NCBI RefSeq assembly: GCF_039654945.1
Contig: NW_027361680.1
Span: 558,001 to 622,000 of the forward strand
Direction of reading: 5' to 3'
DNA from: Dendrobates tinctorius
Lineage: Eukaryota
DNA: 64,000 bases
Of the stretch, positions 51,678-64,000 are shown piece after piece (position 1 is the stretch's first letter; every line of letters starts with the position of its first letter). The notes under the pieces were generated by a model that was given only the letters and a program-made list of their open reading frames with translations, was not told the origin of the DNA and did no database searches. Position numbers and translations under genes: made by a program.

Positions 51678-52583
51678 ATGGCTGAAGGCTCCAACCCAGT
51701 ATCTGAGATGAACCGCCGGCAGCTGGAGGACGAAATTGCCCAGCTGACGCGCTGTCTGCAACTGAGGCAGGAAGCGCTATGCACAATAAATCTGCAGCGC
51801 GCCCAGGATGGGTCTACACCTGCGGTACCCGCGACACTGATATCCACCACTGCTGCACCGGACCTCTTCCAGGCAGACCCTGTGGAGCCGACGACTGCTG
51901 CCATGCTACCGGCAGCGTACCTTGTCCCCTCCTTGCCGCTACTACCGGAGGAGTTGTACACAGCACAGGGAGCTGAAGCAGAGGAAGAGGAGACCCCGTC
52001 CGGACCTGACGCAGCCGTGCAGGTCCCTACAGAGACCCCCGTGGATCCGTAGCTGCCATTAGCTCCACCGCAGTCCCCGGTATCGCACCAACCAGCATCC
52101 ACTGCCACTACACCTGCACTGGAGCAGAGACCACACCGCCAGGAGGCATCAGGTATATACCCCTGCCCTCCTAATGGGTTGCCCCCCGACTTCACGTTGT
52201 CAGAGGCTGGCTTGCGGGAACTCGAAATGGGGCAGTTGGAAGAGTCAGCTGGGGGCACTGGTCTGTCGGAGATGGAGAGGTGGAGGAGGTCCCTGCTGAG
52301 GAGGGTACGACTGGAACAGGCGCGCACGATTCGGCATCTTCGGGGATTGGAGGAATCCAGGTCGCTTTGGGATAGTGACCTCGGGATCCGTTGGCTGACG
52401 AGTCCCCATGTAGTCGCCTATCAGCGCCAACAAGCTGAGGCATCCCTCGGTGCTAGGCCACGCACCAGAGCACCAGAACTGTCAAGCAACCAGCAACAGG
52501 ATGAAGATACCCAAAGTCTCACATCTGGTAGCAGCTCACAATCAGCAGCTTCCAGAACCCCAGGAGGGAACAGCAACCATTAA
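51678..52583 (+). pseudogene. Orphan ORF of about 300 codons in the non-autonomous LTR element, one internal TAG (52050-52052)
   Basis: Strong Kozak gccATGg. Track ORFs 51573 and 52179 are in the same frame with no other stop between them. Confidence 0.5.
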
Positions 52584-54467
52584 TCTCATTACCAAGGAGG
52601 GTATTTGCACCGTTGTGCTTTAAAGTTATTTTTGTTTATGCATCATGTTTTTCCAGTGTTGCCCTGTTTTGTTGGCAGCCTTTCCATTGAACTGCAGAGA
52701 TCATGAACGCTGAATGGTCCAGAACTGTAATTGTAAAGAGTTGCACCACTTTAGGTGCCCTCTCTTGGTTTTACATAGGACACTTTGCAAAGATAAGGTC
52801 TACCTCATCAAAGGACACTGCAAGAGATCGCGGCTGGGAGCAGTGTTCAGCACTTACAAGAATAATTAAACGTTTTAATGTGAAGTATTTGATAATGATG
52901 TGTCTTATGAGAGTAAATGGCTTTTATATAGAATGTTTTAATAAAGAGATGATAGATTTGGATAGAGACTAATAAAGAATTGAAAATGGTACTACGGTTG
53001 TCACTCAGAGTTAAAAGAGAGTAGAAAATGTGCACCAAAGATGAAAAGACATGTGTTGATGAAGAATACTGAAGTGATAGTGAGAAACAGACAATAGTAC
53101 TTTGAATTGAGTATTGTATGGAAAATTGCACTTTTGACTTAGGATTTTAGATAGTTAATTAAGAATTGTTTGCAAGAATGAGTGCCTCTCACATTGGGAA
53201 GTTTAGTATAAGAAATGTTTATACAGCATTACAAAAATTTGTATGTTCCTGTATTGTCAACTTTGTTTGCCTTGCAGCCCACGGACGTGCTGTGTTTAAC
53301 GGGGGGTATGTGGTGCCCCTGAGGCTCAGTCACCACAGAGGTACTGCACCTTCTCCTAAGGTGTGGTGCCCCACCATCCAGGTAAGGTGGGAACTCCTGA
53401 CCATGCTCCAACACTCGCACCCCACACAATAGAGTAGTTCAGCAAAGCCACATTGCGGCTCCTTGCTTAGAGAGAAGCAGAGCACCTTTGGTGATTCCCT
53501 GCTCGGAACACTAAACGTGCTGGGAGGTGGGTGGAGTTGGGAATACATAAAAGAGTGGGAAGGTTTAGAGGTCAGTCTGAAGGAGAGTGAGTGAGAGGAA
53601 GTCACTCGGAGAGGAGTGAGGGAAGGAGATCCCTGGAAGAGGGATGGAGGAAGGAGTGCTGCAGCAGGCCTGAGTGACCCGGGTCTGCTGGCACGGGAAA
53701 GGAAAGAAGGAGAAAGACATTGAACTGAAGCCCAAGATTCCATAGGAAAGAAAGACAAGTACGGAAAGTAGGAGAAAAGGGAACACAGAGGATGTGGGTT
53801 AGGAGAGAACCCTGCCTAGAAGATCTAAGCGCAAGGCCGGGGCCCGGTCCCCGAGGTTGTATGGACACTAATGGTTCTGCAGCAGACACCGGAGGAGTAG
53901 TGGGCTGTAAATGCACTACTCCCATCTGAGACTTGGGGGCAAACAGCAACACGGATAGAGAGCCGGGACTCAGGAGTAAGGTGTCCCCGAAGCAGGCTAC
54001 AGCTGTCTGCTGTACAAGTAGAGTTCTTGGGAACATCTGATAGGAGGAACTCCAGTGTAACTCAGTACTAGGAGATCTTCACACTTAAAGGCGCTATAGA
54101 GGAGACGTTCAGAAAAGGTACATAAGTTGGCGGAGTGTCGGAAGGGAGCATTCCATCTTGCCTGGAGGTTGACTGAGTCCCTGACCTGGAGGACACGGCA
54201 CGGAAGCGGGCACTACAGACTGTGAGTAAAGCTTTGGAACTACATGCCCTGGTATCCTCCATTCCTTCCTGCGCCCGCCTGCCTGGCACTGCTGCATCCC
54301 CTGCGCCGGACGCTACACCATCTAAGTGTCACTTCACCTATTCTGCCCTGGGACGATAGCCCTGCCTGTGGAGGGCTATAACATCACTGCTGCACCACAC
54401 CATCTGTCCCAGAGGATCTGTCTGCAGCGTCAGCCTAACATCTCACTTGCCGAACACCACAGGTGGC

Positions 54468-57400
54468 TGTTATGAATGAGTCACCGAAGGAGGAAAAAAC
54501 AAAAATACAAGCTAAGTCCAGAAAACCGGAGAGGTTGGTAGCTATCGGATTGCAGACCCCTGATCCTATCCACAACAACTAACAGTAGCCATGGGGGATT
54601 CCTACGATGCCCTAGACCCCTTGATCACAGCCAGAGAACTAAATAGGCCTAAAGAAAGAAAGGGGAAATCTAAACTGCCCCAGAGCAGACCCCAAAGCAA
54701 AAGGCAGCCCCCAACATATAATGACAGTGAAGCAAGATGAAAACACTAATACAGATAGAAAGATAGGTTGATTAAACGATGGGGCCCAAGCTGACTAAAA
54801 AGGACAGGATAGAAAAGCTGCTGTCTGCAATCCGCAAAAAACCCTACCAAAAAATGTCACAACCGTCTGATAGGAAAAACAGGCCCTGAAGTCGCTAGGA
54901 CTTCAAAATGACTATATCAGCACTCAGGTAAATTCTGAAGACAGAGCAAAGAGACAAACTGATCAGAGACAAAAATGGAACTCAGCACACCCCCGACCGG
55001 GGATGGCTGAACTACAAAAAAACAAGGTAAATAAAACAAAACTAATAAGTTCAATAGCAGAGCAAAAACTTATCTTTGGGAAGCAGGAATCAGACTGGTC
55101 TCCGAGAATCCAGCAGAGAAATCACCAGTGACTCAGAAGGGCGTCGGCTGCCTTATATCCCGTCAGCAGTTCCTGTTACCCAGTCATCATCTACCAGATC
55201 AGGTGTTTGGTAATCAGCCTCACTACCTTCCTTCACCAGAAGAGGGAGTTCATCAGACATCGACGGTGAAGGGGAAAATGAACTCACAACAGTACCTCCC
55301 CCTTGAGGAGGGGTCACCGAACCCTCATCCACGCCACCAGGGCGATCAGGATGGGCCCGATGAAAGGCACGAACCAATCTTTCGGCATGAATATCGGATG
55401 CAGGGACCCAAGAATTATCCTCCTGGCCATAAATCTTCCATTTAACCAAATACTGGAGTCTCCGTCTAGCCAGGCGAGAATCCAGTATCTTCTCAACCTC
55501 ATATTCCACATTACCTTCAACCAATACCGGGTCAGGAGGTGCCACCACAGGAACTACTGGCTCAACAAACCTCATTAACAGAGACTTATGAAACACGTTA
55601 TGGATCTTAAATGTAACAGGAAGAGCCAATCGAAAAGAGACTGGATTAAGAATCTCCAAAATCTTATAAGGTCCAATAAATCTAGATTTAAACTTTGGAG
55701 AAGCCACCTTCATAGCGATATTCTTTGATGACAACCAAACCATATCACCCACCTTAAACTGGGGACCAATGGTCCTATGCCGGTTGGAAAACCACTGGGC
55801 CTTTTCCTGGGAGAGAGACAACTTATCCACCACTTGGTCCCAGATCTGGTGCATTCTCTCCACCACAGTGTCAACACCTGGGCAGGCAGAAGGCTCCACC
55901 TGCCCTGAAGAGAATCGAGGATGAAACCCAAAGTTACAAAAAAAGGTGACATCAAAGTGGCAGAACTAGCTCTATTATTTAAAGCAAATTCGGCCAAGGG
56001 CAAAAATGAAACCCAATCATCCTGACCAGCAGAAATAAAACATCTCAAATACGACTCCAAAGTCTGGTTTGTTCTCTCCGTCTGCCCATTGGGCTGAGGG
56101 TGAAACGCAGAGGAGAAGGACAACTGAATTCCCAGCTTGGAACAGAAAGTCCTCCAAAATCTAGACACAAACTGACCTCCTCTGTCAGATACAATGTTCT
56201 CAGGAATCCCGTGCAAGCGAACCACCTGTTGCAAAAACAAGGGCACCAACTCTGAGGAAGATGGCAACTTAGGGTGTGGTACAAGATGGACCATCTTAGA
56301 GAATCTATCACAAATCACCCAAATAACAGTCATTATCTGAGAGACAGGCATATCAGAGATAAAATCCATTGAAATATGGGTCCATGGCCTCCTGGGCACC
56401 GGCAAAGGCATCAACAACCCACTAGAGCGAGAACAAGGTTTAGACCGAGAGCAAGTCCCACAGGACTGCACAAAATTCCTGACATCATGAGACAAGGCGG
56501 GCCACCAAAAAGGCCGACTCACCAAATCTCTAGTACCAAAAATACCTGGATGACCAGCCAATGCAGAGCAATGAACTTCAGACATCACTCTCTTCCTCCA
56601 CTGGTCAGGAACATACAATTTTCCAATGGGACAACGCTCAGGTTTGTCCTCCTGAAACTCTTCCAGAGCACGTCTCAAATCGGGCGAGATGGCAGAAAGA
56701 ACTACCCCCTCACCTAAGATGGTAGCAGGCTTGGTCACAACAGGAGAATCAGCAAAGAAACTCCTAGAGAGGGCATCTGCCTTGACATTCTTAGTGCCCG
56801 GAAGAAAAGAGACCACAAAATCAAAATGTGTGAAAAACAAGGCCCACCTAGCCTGTCTAGGATTCAAGCGTTTGGCCGACTCCAGGTAAATCAAATTCTT
56901 GTGATCAGTAAGGACCACGACTTGATGTTTAGCTCCCTCCAAGCAATGTCTCCACTCCTCAAATGCCCATTTCATGGCTAACAGTTCCCGATTCCACACA
57001 TCATAGTTACGTTCGGATAGGGAGAACTTTCGGGAAAAGAAAGCACAGGGATTCATTTTAGATGTTACAGGATCCTTTTGGGACAAAACAGCTCCTGCAC
57101 CAATCTCAGAAGCGTCCACCTCTACCTGAATCGGGAGTGAGACATCAGGTTGCCGCAAAACAGGAGCAGAAGTGAACCTTCGCTTCAGCTCCTGAAAAGA
57201 AGAAACAGCCTCCGGAGACCAATTCAGCACATCAGCACCCTTCTTCGTGAAATCAGTCAATGGATTGGCAATACCAGAAAAATTAGCTATAAATTTACGA
57301 TAAAAATTAGCAAAACCCAAAAACTTCTGGAGGGCCTTCAAAGAAGTGGGCTGAACCCAATCATAAATGGCCTGTACCTTGGCCGGGTCCATTTCAATAG

Positions 57401-60324
57401 TTGACGGAGACAAAATAAATCCCAAAAATGAAATCCTCTGTACACCAAAAAGGCATTTCGATCCCTTGACATACAGGGAATTCTCCCTCAAAATCCAGAA
57501 CACAGTCCGAACATGTTCCACATGAGAGTCCCAATCCTTGGAAAAGATCAAAATATCATCCAGATAGATGATCAAAAATTTATCCACCAAGTCTCGGAAA
57601 ATATCATTCATGAAGCACTGGAAGACAGAAGGGGCATTAGTGAGCCCAAAAGGCATCACCAGGTACTCAAAATGTCCCTCCGGAGTATTAAACGCCGTCT
57701 TCCATTCATCCCCATGCTTAATGCGAATAAGATTATACGCCCCCTGAGGTCAAGCTTTGTGAACTAGCAAGCACCTTTAACTCTGGAGAATAGATCAGAA
57801 ATCAGGGGTAACGGATACTGATATTTAACAGTAATTTTGTTGAGGAAACGATAGTCAATACAAGGCCTTAATGACCCATCTTTCTTAGCCATGAAAAAAA
57901 AACCAGCACCTAAGGGTGAAGAGGATGGTCTAATATGACCCTTCTCCAATGACTCCTTAATATAGGATCGCATAGCCTCGTGCTCGGGTACAGATAAATT
58001 GAAAAGTCGACCCTTGGGAAATTTACACCCAGGGCTCAGCTCAATTGCACAGTCATAACTCCTATGAGGAGGCAAAGACGCAGACTCATTCTCACTAAAT
58101 ACATCATAAAAATCAGCCAAATAGTCAGGAACATCATGCGACTGGGGAGAGGTGGAGAAAACAGGAGCATCACTAAGGGCACACCGACAACCCCAACTCA
58201 CCACAGACACAGATTTCCTATCCAAAACTGGGTAATGGATTTGCAACCAGGGAAACCCCAGAACAATGGTATCATGCAAATTATGCAACACCAAAAATCT
58301 GCAATTCTCTTGATGGTCTGGGGCGACCCGCATTACCACCTGGGTCCAAAACTGAGGTTTATTCTTCGCCAAAGGAGTAGCATCAATACCCCTCAAAGGG
58401 ATAGGCATCCGCAGAGGTGTCATAGGAAATCCACAACATTTAGCAAAATCCAAGTCCATCAGGTTCAGAGCTGCTCCCGAATCCACAAAAGCCTTAGCTG
58501 AAAATGTGGACAGGGAGCAGATCAGAGTAATTGCCAGAAGAAACTTAGGTTGAACACCACCCACAGCAAATGTGTGTGCAAAATGTTTCTCTTGTTTAGG
58601 GCAGAGAGAAATGATATGCGAGGCATCACCACAGAAGAAACACAGCTTATTATGCCTTCTGAACTCCTGACGCTGCACCCCAGACAAAACTCTATCTCAT
58701 TGCATAGGTTCAGACATTTGTTCAACAGGTGGCAACATCTCTCGTGCGGTTTTGCGTTCACGCAAACGCCGATCAACCTGAATGGCAAATGACATAGAAT
58801 CGTCAAGACCAGAGGGAACAGGAAATCCCACCATAGTATCTTTTACGGTTTCTGACAAACCCTTCCGAAAGAGAGCTGCCAAGGCACCATCATTCCAGGT
58901 AGTAAGGACCGCCCACTTTCGGAATTTTTGACAGTACAACTCTGCAGAATCCTGACCTTGGCTCAATGCCAACAGGGCCTTTTCAGCCTGATCAATAGCA
59001 TTAGGTTCATCATACAACAACCCCAAGGCTTGAAAAAATGTGTTCACATTAGTAAGAATAGGATCATCAGGTTTCAAAGAAAACACCCAATCCTGGGGAT
59101 CGCCGCACAGCAAAGAGATGACAATTTTAACCTGCTGCGCGGAGCTCCCCGATGAGTTAGGCTTAAAGGCAAAAAATAATTTAAAATTATTCTTAAAATT
59201 CAAAAATTTAGATCGATCCCCAAAAAACACATCAGGAGTAGGGATCTTTGGTTCAGCAGCATGTGAATGAGCAAAATAGGCGGAAATTCCCTGCACTTCA
59301 GCAGTGAGCTGCTCCACACGATCAGACAATTGCTTCATCTCCATTGAGAAAGAAAAAAAAATTCCCCCTGCGGCCTCAGAGACATAGAGGAAAAAATATA
59401 CACAAAAAAAAAAAATATTCTGACAAACTCTTTTTTTTTTTTCTTTACAATTCTTTCCTGCTATTGAGTACCCTAGGATCTGCGTTAAGGCTGGTGATTC
59501 TGTTATGAATGAGTCACCGAAGGAGGAAAAAACAAGAATACAAGCTAAGTCCAGAAAACCGGAGAGGTTGGTAGCTATCGGATTGCAGACCCCTGATCCT
59601 ATCCACAACAACTAACAGTAGCCGTGGGGGGTTCCTACGATGCCCTAGACCCCTCGATCACAGCCAGAGAACTAAATAGGCCTAAAGAAAGAAAGGGGAA
59701 ATCTAAACTGCCCCAGAGCAGACCCCAAAGCAAAAGGCAGCCAACCACATATAATGACGGTGAAGCAAGATGAAAACACTAACACAGATAGAAAGATAGG
59801 TTGAGCAAACGATGGGGCCCAAGCTGACTAAAAAGGACAGGATAGAAAAGCTGCTGTCTGCAATCCGCAAAAAACCCTACCAAAAAATGTCACAACCGTC
59901 TGATAGGAAAAACAGGCCCTGAAGTCGCTAGGACTTCAAAATGACTATATCAGCACTCAGGTAAATTCTGAAGACAGAGCAAAGAGACAAACTGATCAGA
60001 GACAAAAATGGAACTCAGCACACCCCCGACCGGGGATGGCTGAACTACAAAAAAACAAGGTAAACAAAACAAAACTAATAAGTTCAATAGCAGAGCAAAA
60101 ACTTATCTTTGGGAAGCAGGAATCAGACTGGTCTCCAAGAATCCAGCAGAAAAATCACCAGCGACTCAGAAGGGCGTCGGCTGCCTTATATCCAGTCAGC
60201 AGTTCCTGTTACCCAGTCATCATCTACCAGATCAGGTGTTTGGTAATCAGCCTCACTACCTTCCTTCACCAGAAGAGGGAGTTCATCAGACATCGACGGT
60301 GAAGGGGAAAATGAACTCACAACA
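54468..60324 (-). mobile_element. Full-length Ty3/Gypsy chromovirus (Tf1/sushi group); LTRs 59501-60324 (5') and 54468-55291 (3')
   Basis: 824-bp LTRs with TG...CA termini differing by roughly 2% by eye. PPT aagggggagg next to the 3' LTR. Flanking repeat GGTGGC. Confidence 0.95.
55292..59344 (-). pseudogene. gag-pol: gag, CCHC knuckle, protease, RT, RNase H, integrase, chromodomain; disrupted
   Basis: [96 protein letters not shown]. Stops at 58697 and 57764; frameshifts near 57742 and 55940. Confidence 0.95.
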
Positions 60325-62247
60325 GGTGGCGTCATGAACTATTCATCTAACTATATTCCACCATAAGCATTACCCACCATTACTTGAGCGCCCAGGGCAA
60401 CGGACCGGGTCACCACTGCTGTGACCCACCACCCACTGATACTGGCCCGTTACCGAGTAACCCCGCAGCCCTGGGAGGGCGACCCAGGGGCACCTCACCA
60501 CACTCTTAACACTGCACTCAACATACACTAGCTAGTCAGGGCACCTGGGTCTACCCTTCGGGAGGATGGCCTCATCCCAGACTGGCTAGGAAAGGGTGTT
60601 GGGGAGCTAGTGGGGAAGGTAGGAAAAGGGGAGGAGCTTAGAAAGTGGAGTGATGTAGAGAAGCCAATGGGAATAGCGAGTGGGCGGAGCTTAGAGAAAA
60701 AGTGGGAGATTTGAAGTGAGTTTGAGAGAGTTCCCTCAGGGGAGAGCAGGGAGAAGGATGCGCTTGGAGCAGCTCCTGTCAGGAGGAGCTGCAGGATAGA
60801 TTGGGTGGGGAGGAAAGCTCCCGGGAGGAAAGAGAGGAATTTCTAAAGGCCCACGTTGATTGCTATCAGGTGGGGAAAGAAATTAGGTCGCAGAAGGGTC
60901 TCAGCCCCTAGCCTAGCGAAGTAAACAACGAACTTAACTAGCAAGCTGACAGCTGTGGTTGCTGTATGAGCCACAGCGAATCCCACCGTTATCTTCCTAG
61001 AAAAGCAGCCATATAGGATCAGCAAGCCGCCTGAGTGACGAATTCCGACAGGATCCGCGGCAGCTGGCCTGGGACACTGACTGTGAAGGTGCTAGAAAGG
61101 GAGGAAGGAGAGTGAAAACTAGCACAGTGAGACTGCCTAGGAAGGAACATATTGAAAGAGAGTGTTGGAGGGGTAAGCTCATCTACCTGGGAGTTTACTG
61201 GACCTCTGACCTGGAGGACTCAGCACCGAAGCGGACATCTGGTGCACCGGACTGTGAGTAAACCCCTTTGGAACTGTATTCAATTGAGTCCTTGTCTGCT
61301 TTCCACAACCAACATTCAGAACTGCTACATCCTCCAATCTGCTTGCCACCATCACCCCTGAAATAACACTCAACAGCCCTGGGACTATTGCTCTACCTGT
61401 GGAGAGCCATTGTCACCTCTGCTGCATCACACCAATGGTCCCAGGAGAGCAACACAGCAGCGCTGGTCACCTCTGACCAGAATACCACAGGTGGCGTCAC
61501 GTATTTATTCACCTACAAACTTTATTCCCATCTCCTTTAATACCACCACTTCAACATCACTGCAAAAATTGCCTTTGACCACCTGGGGCCACGGACCAGG
61601 TCCCAGCCTCCGTGACACCGTCCCCCATTGAAGTCAACGGGCACGGTACCGAGTACCCCACGGCCCGAGGGGCGCGTCATGTACTTTGTTCACAAACCAC
61701 TATGAGACTGGGTTTCTGTCTAATGAATCTTGTAAAATAAACCTTGTTACTGTCCGATGTCTTTTGCCAATTATTAACAAAAAAAGAAAAAAAATATCAG
61801 TCTTTGCAATAAATTCCCCCCACTGGCTCTCTATTGTGGAACTAATAGAAGGGATGCAAATTGTAACCTCTTCTCCAAGATTTACATATACTCTAAAAGA
61901 TCATAAGGGCAAGGGTTTCCATGATAATACCAGAACTTTCAATCGACTTGATAAAGGCATCCGCCAAAGCGCGTAGTTTTGGGGGGGTGAGGGGTGAAAC
62001 TTCTGTCTCTATATGTAACGTTTTCATTTATTAAATATTAAAAAGTTTTTTGCAAAAACGTCTACTACTGTTCCTCCATTGCTCGCTGGAAAATTCTTTT
62101 TTTGGATACAGCTGTGCTTAGTGGACTGAACCACATCCATGCTGGAGTATCTTGAATGGCTGTCACAGTGGTGAGCTGAAATTCAATAATTTTTTCTAGA
62201 ACTTTCAATGGTTTATTGCTATATTTTTGCAATCTTGTAATTCTTAC

Positions 62248-62382
62248 CTTGTATCGCCACAGTCCTCCAATATCTTCACTCTTTTCAAAGCATGTGGGTT
62301 TAAGTCCTTCATCAAGACAGCACTTTATAGCCACCAAACCACTGGCTCCTGCCCCAATAACTGCTACAGTGTTCACTGGCAT
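62248..62382 (-). CDS. fmo5: Flavin-containing monooxygenase, FMO5-like, first coding exon (45 codons)
   Basis: Translates [45 protein letters not shown] with the FAD-binding GxGxxG and GGLW motifs. Acceptor ttttatttctaacAG lies 3 nt before the ATG; donor AAG|GTAAGA at 62248/62247; phase 0. Paralogue assignment (FMO5-like) is from recalled similarity only. Confidence 0.93.
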
Positions 62383-62446
62383 TGTCTGTTAGAAATAAAA
62401 TTAGAACACACATTATATCACAAACAAATTCTGGCAATAGATTTAA

Positions 62447-63229
62447 AGGAAATCTGTCAGCAGTATTATGCTGATTAATCTGAGAGCAGCATGATGTAGG
62501 GGCAGAATCCCTGATTTTAGTGGTCACTTCCTGGGTTGATTTTTGTAGTTTCAAAAAAATCTGTGTTTTATCAGCAGGAGACTATCACTAGTAGAATAGT
62601 AAATCTGCTGCCATTTAGTCATCCTGCTGCACCGTATACACAGAAATCTGGCAATCAGTGGTGTGGGTAGACTTAAGGCCCCTTTACATTTAGCGATGCA
62701 CCAGCGATCCCGACCACGATACGACCCAGTCAGGATCGCTGGTGCATCGCTAAATGGTCGCTAGTGAGCTGCCACACAGGAAGATCTCACAGCGATGCAG
62801 CAGCGATACAGCGGTCGTTACTTATCTTTCAGACGCGGCGATCCTGATGTCCTCCAGTCCGCGTCCACGTGTCGCTCATCGGTGCCAGCAGGAAGCCCAG
62901 CAGGAAGCGCTCGATGAGAAATGGACGTGGATGATCTCGCGCGATCAGCGATGGACAGCGGGGGAGCCGGTAGGAGGTATCACACATAGCGATATCACTG
63001 CTGCGTCACCAAATTGGTGATGCTTTAGCGATATTGCTAGCGATATCGGTATGTGTAAAACCCCCTTCATTCAGGGCATAGCATTCAGAGATCTACAGCA
63101 GATAAAACTGTGATTTTATCAAAACTACAACAAGTAAATCAGTAAGTGACAATTCTGAAATCAAAGTCTCTGCCCCCACATCATGCTGCTTTCAGATGGG
63201 GATAGCAAGAACCCCGTGACAATTACCCC
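62447..63229. mobile_element. Kolobok/T2-type MITE with a nested palindromic MITE (about 62675-63067)
   Basis: TTAA|aggaaatctgtca ... tgacaattacccc|TTAA with imperfect mirror arms. Confidence 0.55.
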
Positions 63230-63258
63230 TTAATAGAGAGTAAGCATTATTTATTATA

Positions 63259-63675
63259 CACGGTAGGCCATTTATATGGTTACACCTAAATAAAATGGGA
63301 ATGGTTGGTGATATCAACTTCCTGTTTGTGGCACATTAGTATATGGGAGGGTGGAAACTTTTCAAGATGGGTGGTGACCATGGTGGCCATTTTGAAGTCA
63401 GCCATTTTGCATCCAACTTTATTTTTTCCAATGGGAAGAGGGTCATGTGACACATCAAACATATTGAGAATTTCACAAGAAAAACAATGGTGTGCTTGGT
63501 TTCAATGTAACTTTATTCTTTCATGAGTTATTTACAAGTTTATGACCACTTCTAAAATGTGCTCAAAGTGCTGCCCGTTGTGTTGGATTGTCAATGCAAT
63601 CCTCTTCTCCCACTCTTGACACACTGATAGCAACACCATTTTATTTAGGTGTATCCATATAAATGGCCCACCCTG
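63259..63675. mobile_element. Tc1/mariner-type MITE
   Basis: TA flanks and imperfect TIRs of about 40 bp (gccatttatatgg.tacacctaaataaaatgg). Confidence 0.8.
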
Positions 63676-63754
63676 TAGTTACAATTTTCAGTATTCAGCG
63701 ATTGCACACTTCCCAGTAACCCTTCCTTTAAAATGCCATTAGTTCCTTAATATA

Positions 63755-64000
63755 CACTCACTGGCCACTTTATTAGGTACACCATGCTAGTAACGGGTTG
63801 GACCCCCTTTTGCCTTCAGAACTGCCTCAATTCTTCGTGGCAGAGATTCAACAAGGTGCTGGAAGCATTCCTCAGAGATTTTGGACCATATTGACATGAT
63901 GGCATCACACAGTTGGCGCAGATTTGTCGGCTGCACATCCCTGATGCGAATCTCCCGTTCCACCACATCCCAAAGATGCTCTATTGGATTGAGATCTGGT
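63755..64000. mobile_element. Start of a Tc1-like element, runs off the window
   Basis: TA|cactcactggccactttattaggtacacc terminus. Confidence 0.6.

Larger units (their letters stand above)
49940..60486 (+). mobile_element. Non-autonomous LTR retroelement: 5' LTR 49940-51255, internal region 51256-53308, 3' LTR 53309-54467 plus 60325-60486
   Basis: Two similar LTRs of about 1.3 kb, TSD GGGG, PBS, and G-tract PPT at 53301-53306. No pol motifs. Confidence 0.9.
49855..61679 (+). mobile_element. Outer solo LTR, split into 49855-49939 and 60487-61679
   Basis: Termini tgtggcgccc...gggcgcgtca, 4-bp TSD TGTA. Confidence 0.85.

Noticed and set aside
51350-52327. 325-aa minus-strand ORF
   Set aside because: Antisense shadow of the GC-rich plus-strand frame with low-complexity composition; not fully excluded without family alignment.
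58697-58699. TGA between gag and the zinc knuckle as programmed readthrough
   Set aside because: It lies upstream of the CCHC motif within gag, and the copy has another stop and two frameshifts, so decay is the simpler explanation.

Overview
Vertebrate genomic DNA, most likely anuran amphibian (inferred from the repeat families). The only host gene I can support is an FMO5-like flavin-containing monooxygenase on the minus strand. It has two coding exons (62248-62382 and 48626-48814), and I found no further exon in the remaining 48.6 kb. Almost everything else is nested transposable elements: piggyBac-like ends, a palindromic hAT element, decayed hAT transposases, Penelope-like elements (PLE; RT + GIY-YIG) with minimal hammerhead ribozymes, a Rex1/Babar LINE, solo LTRs, a non-autonomous LTR element with an orphan ORF, a full-length Tf1/sushi chromovirus, and Tc1/mariner relics. 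About 16.5 kb (8439-24941) is tandemly duplicated (24940-40962). Most notable observations: a candidate -1 ribosomal frameshift (U UUU UUA) joining a coiled-coil ORF1 to the PLE RT ORF, U3-A8 variant hammerheads, a conserved self-priming motif in the chromovirus LTRs, and the orphan ORF. All calls were made by eye; no searches were run.
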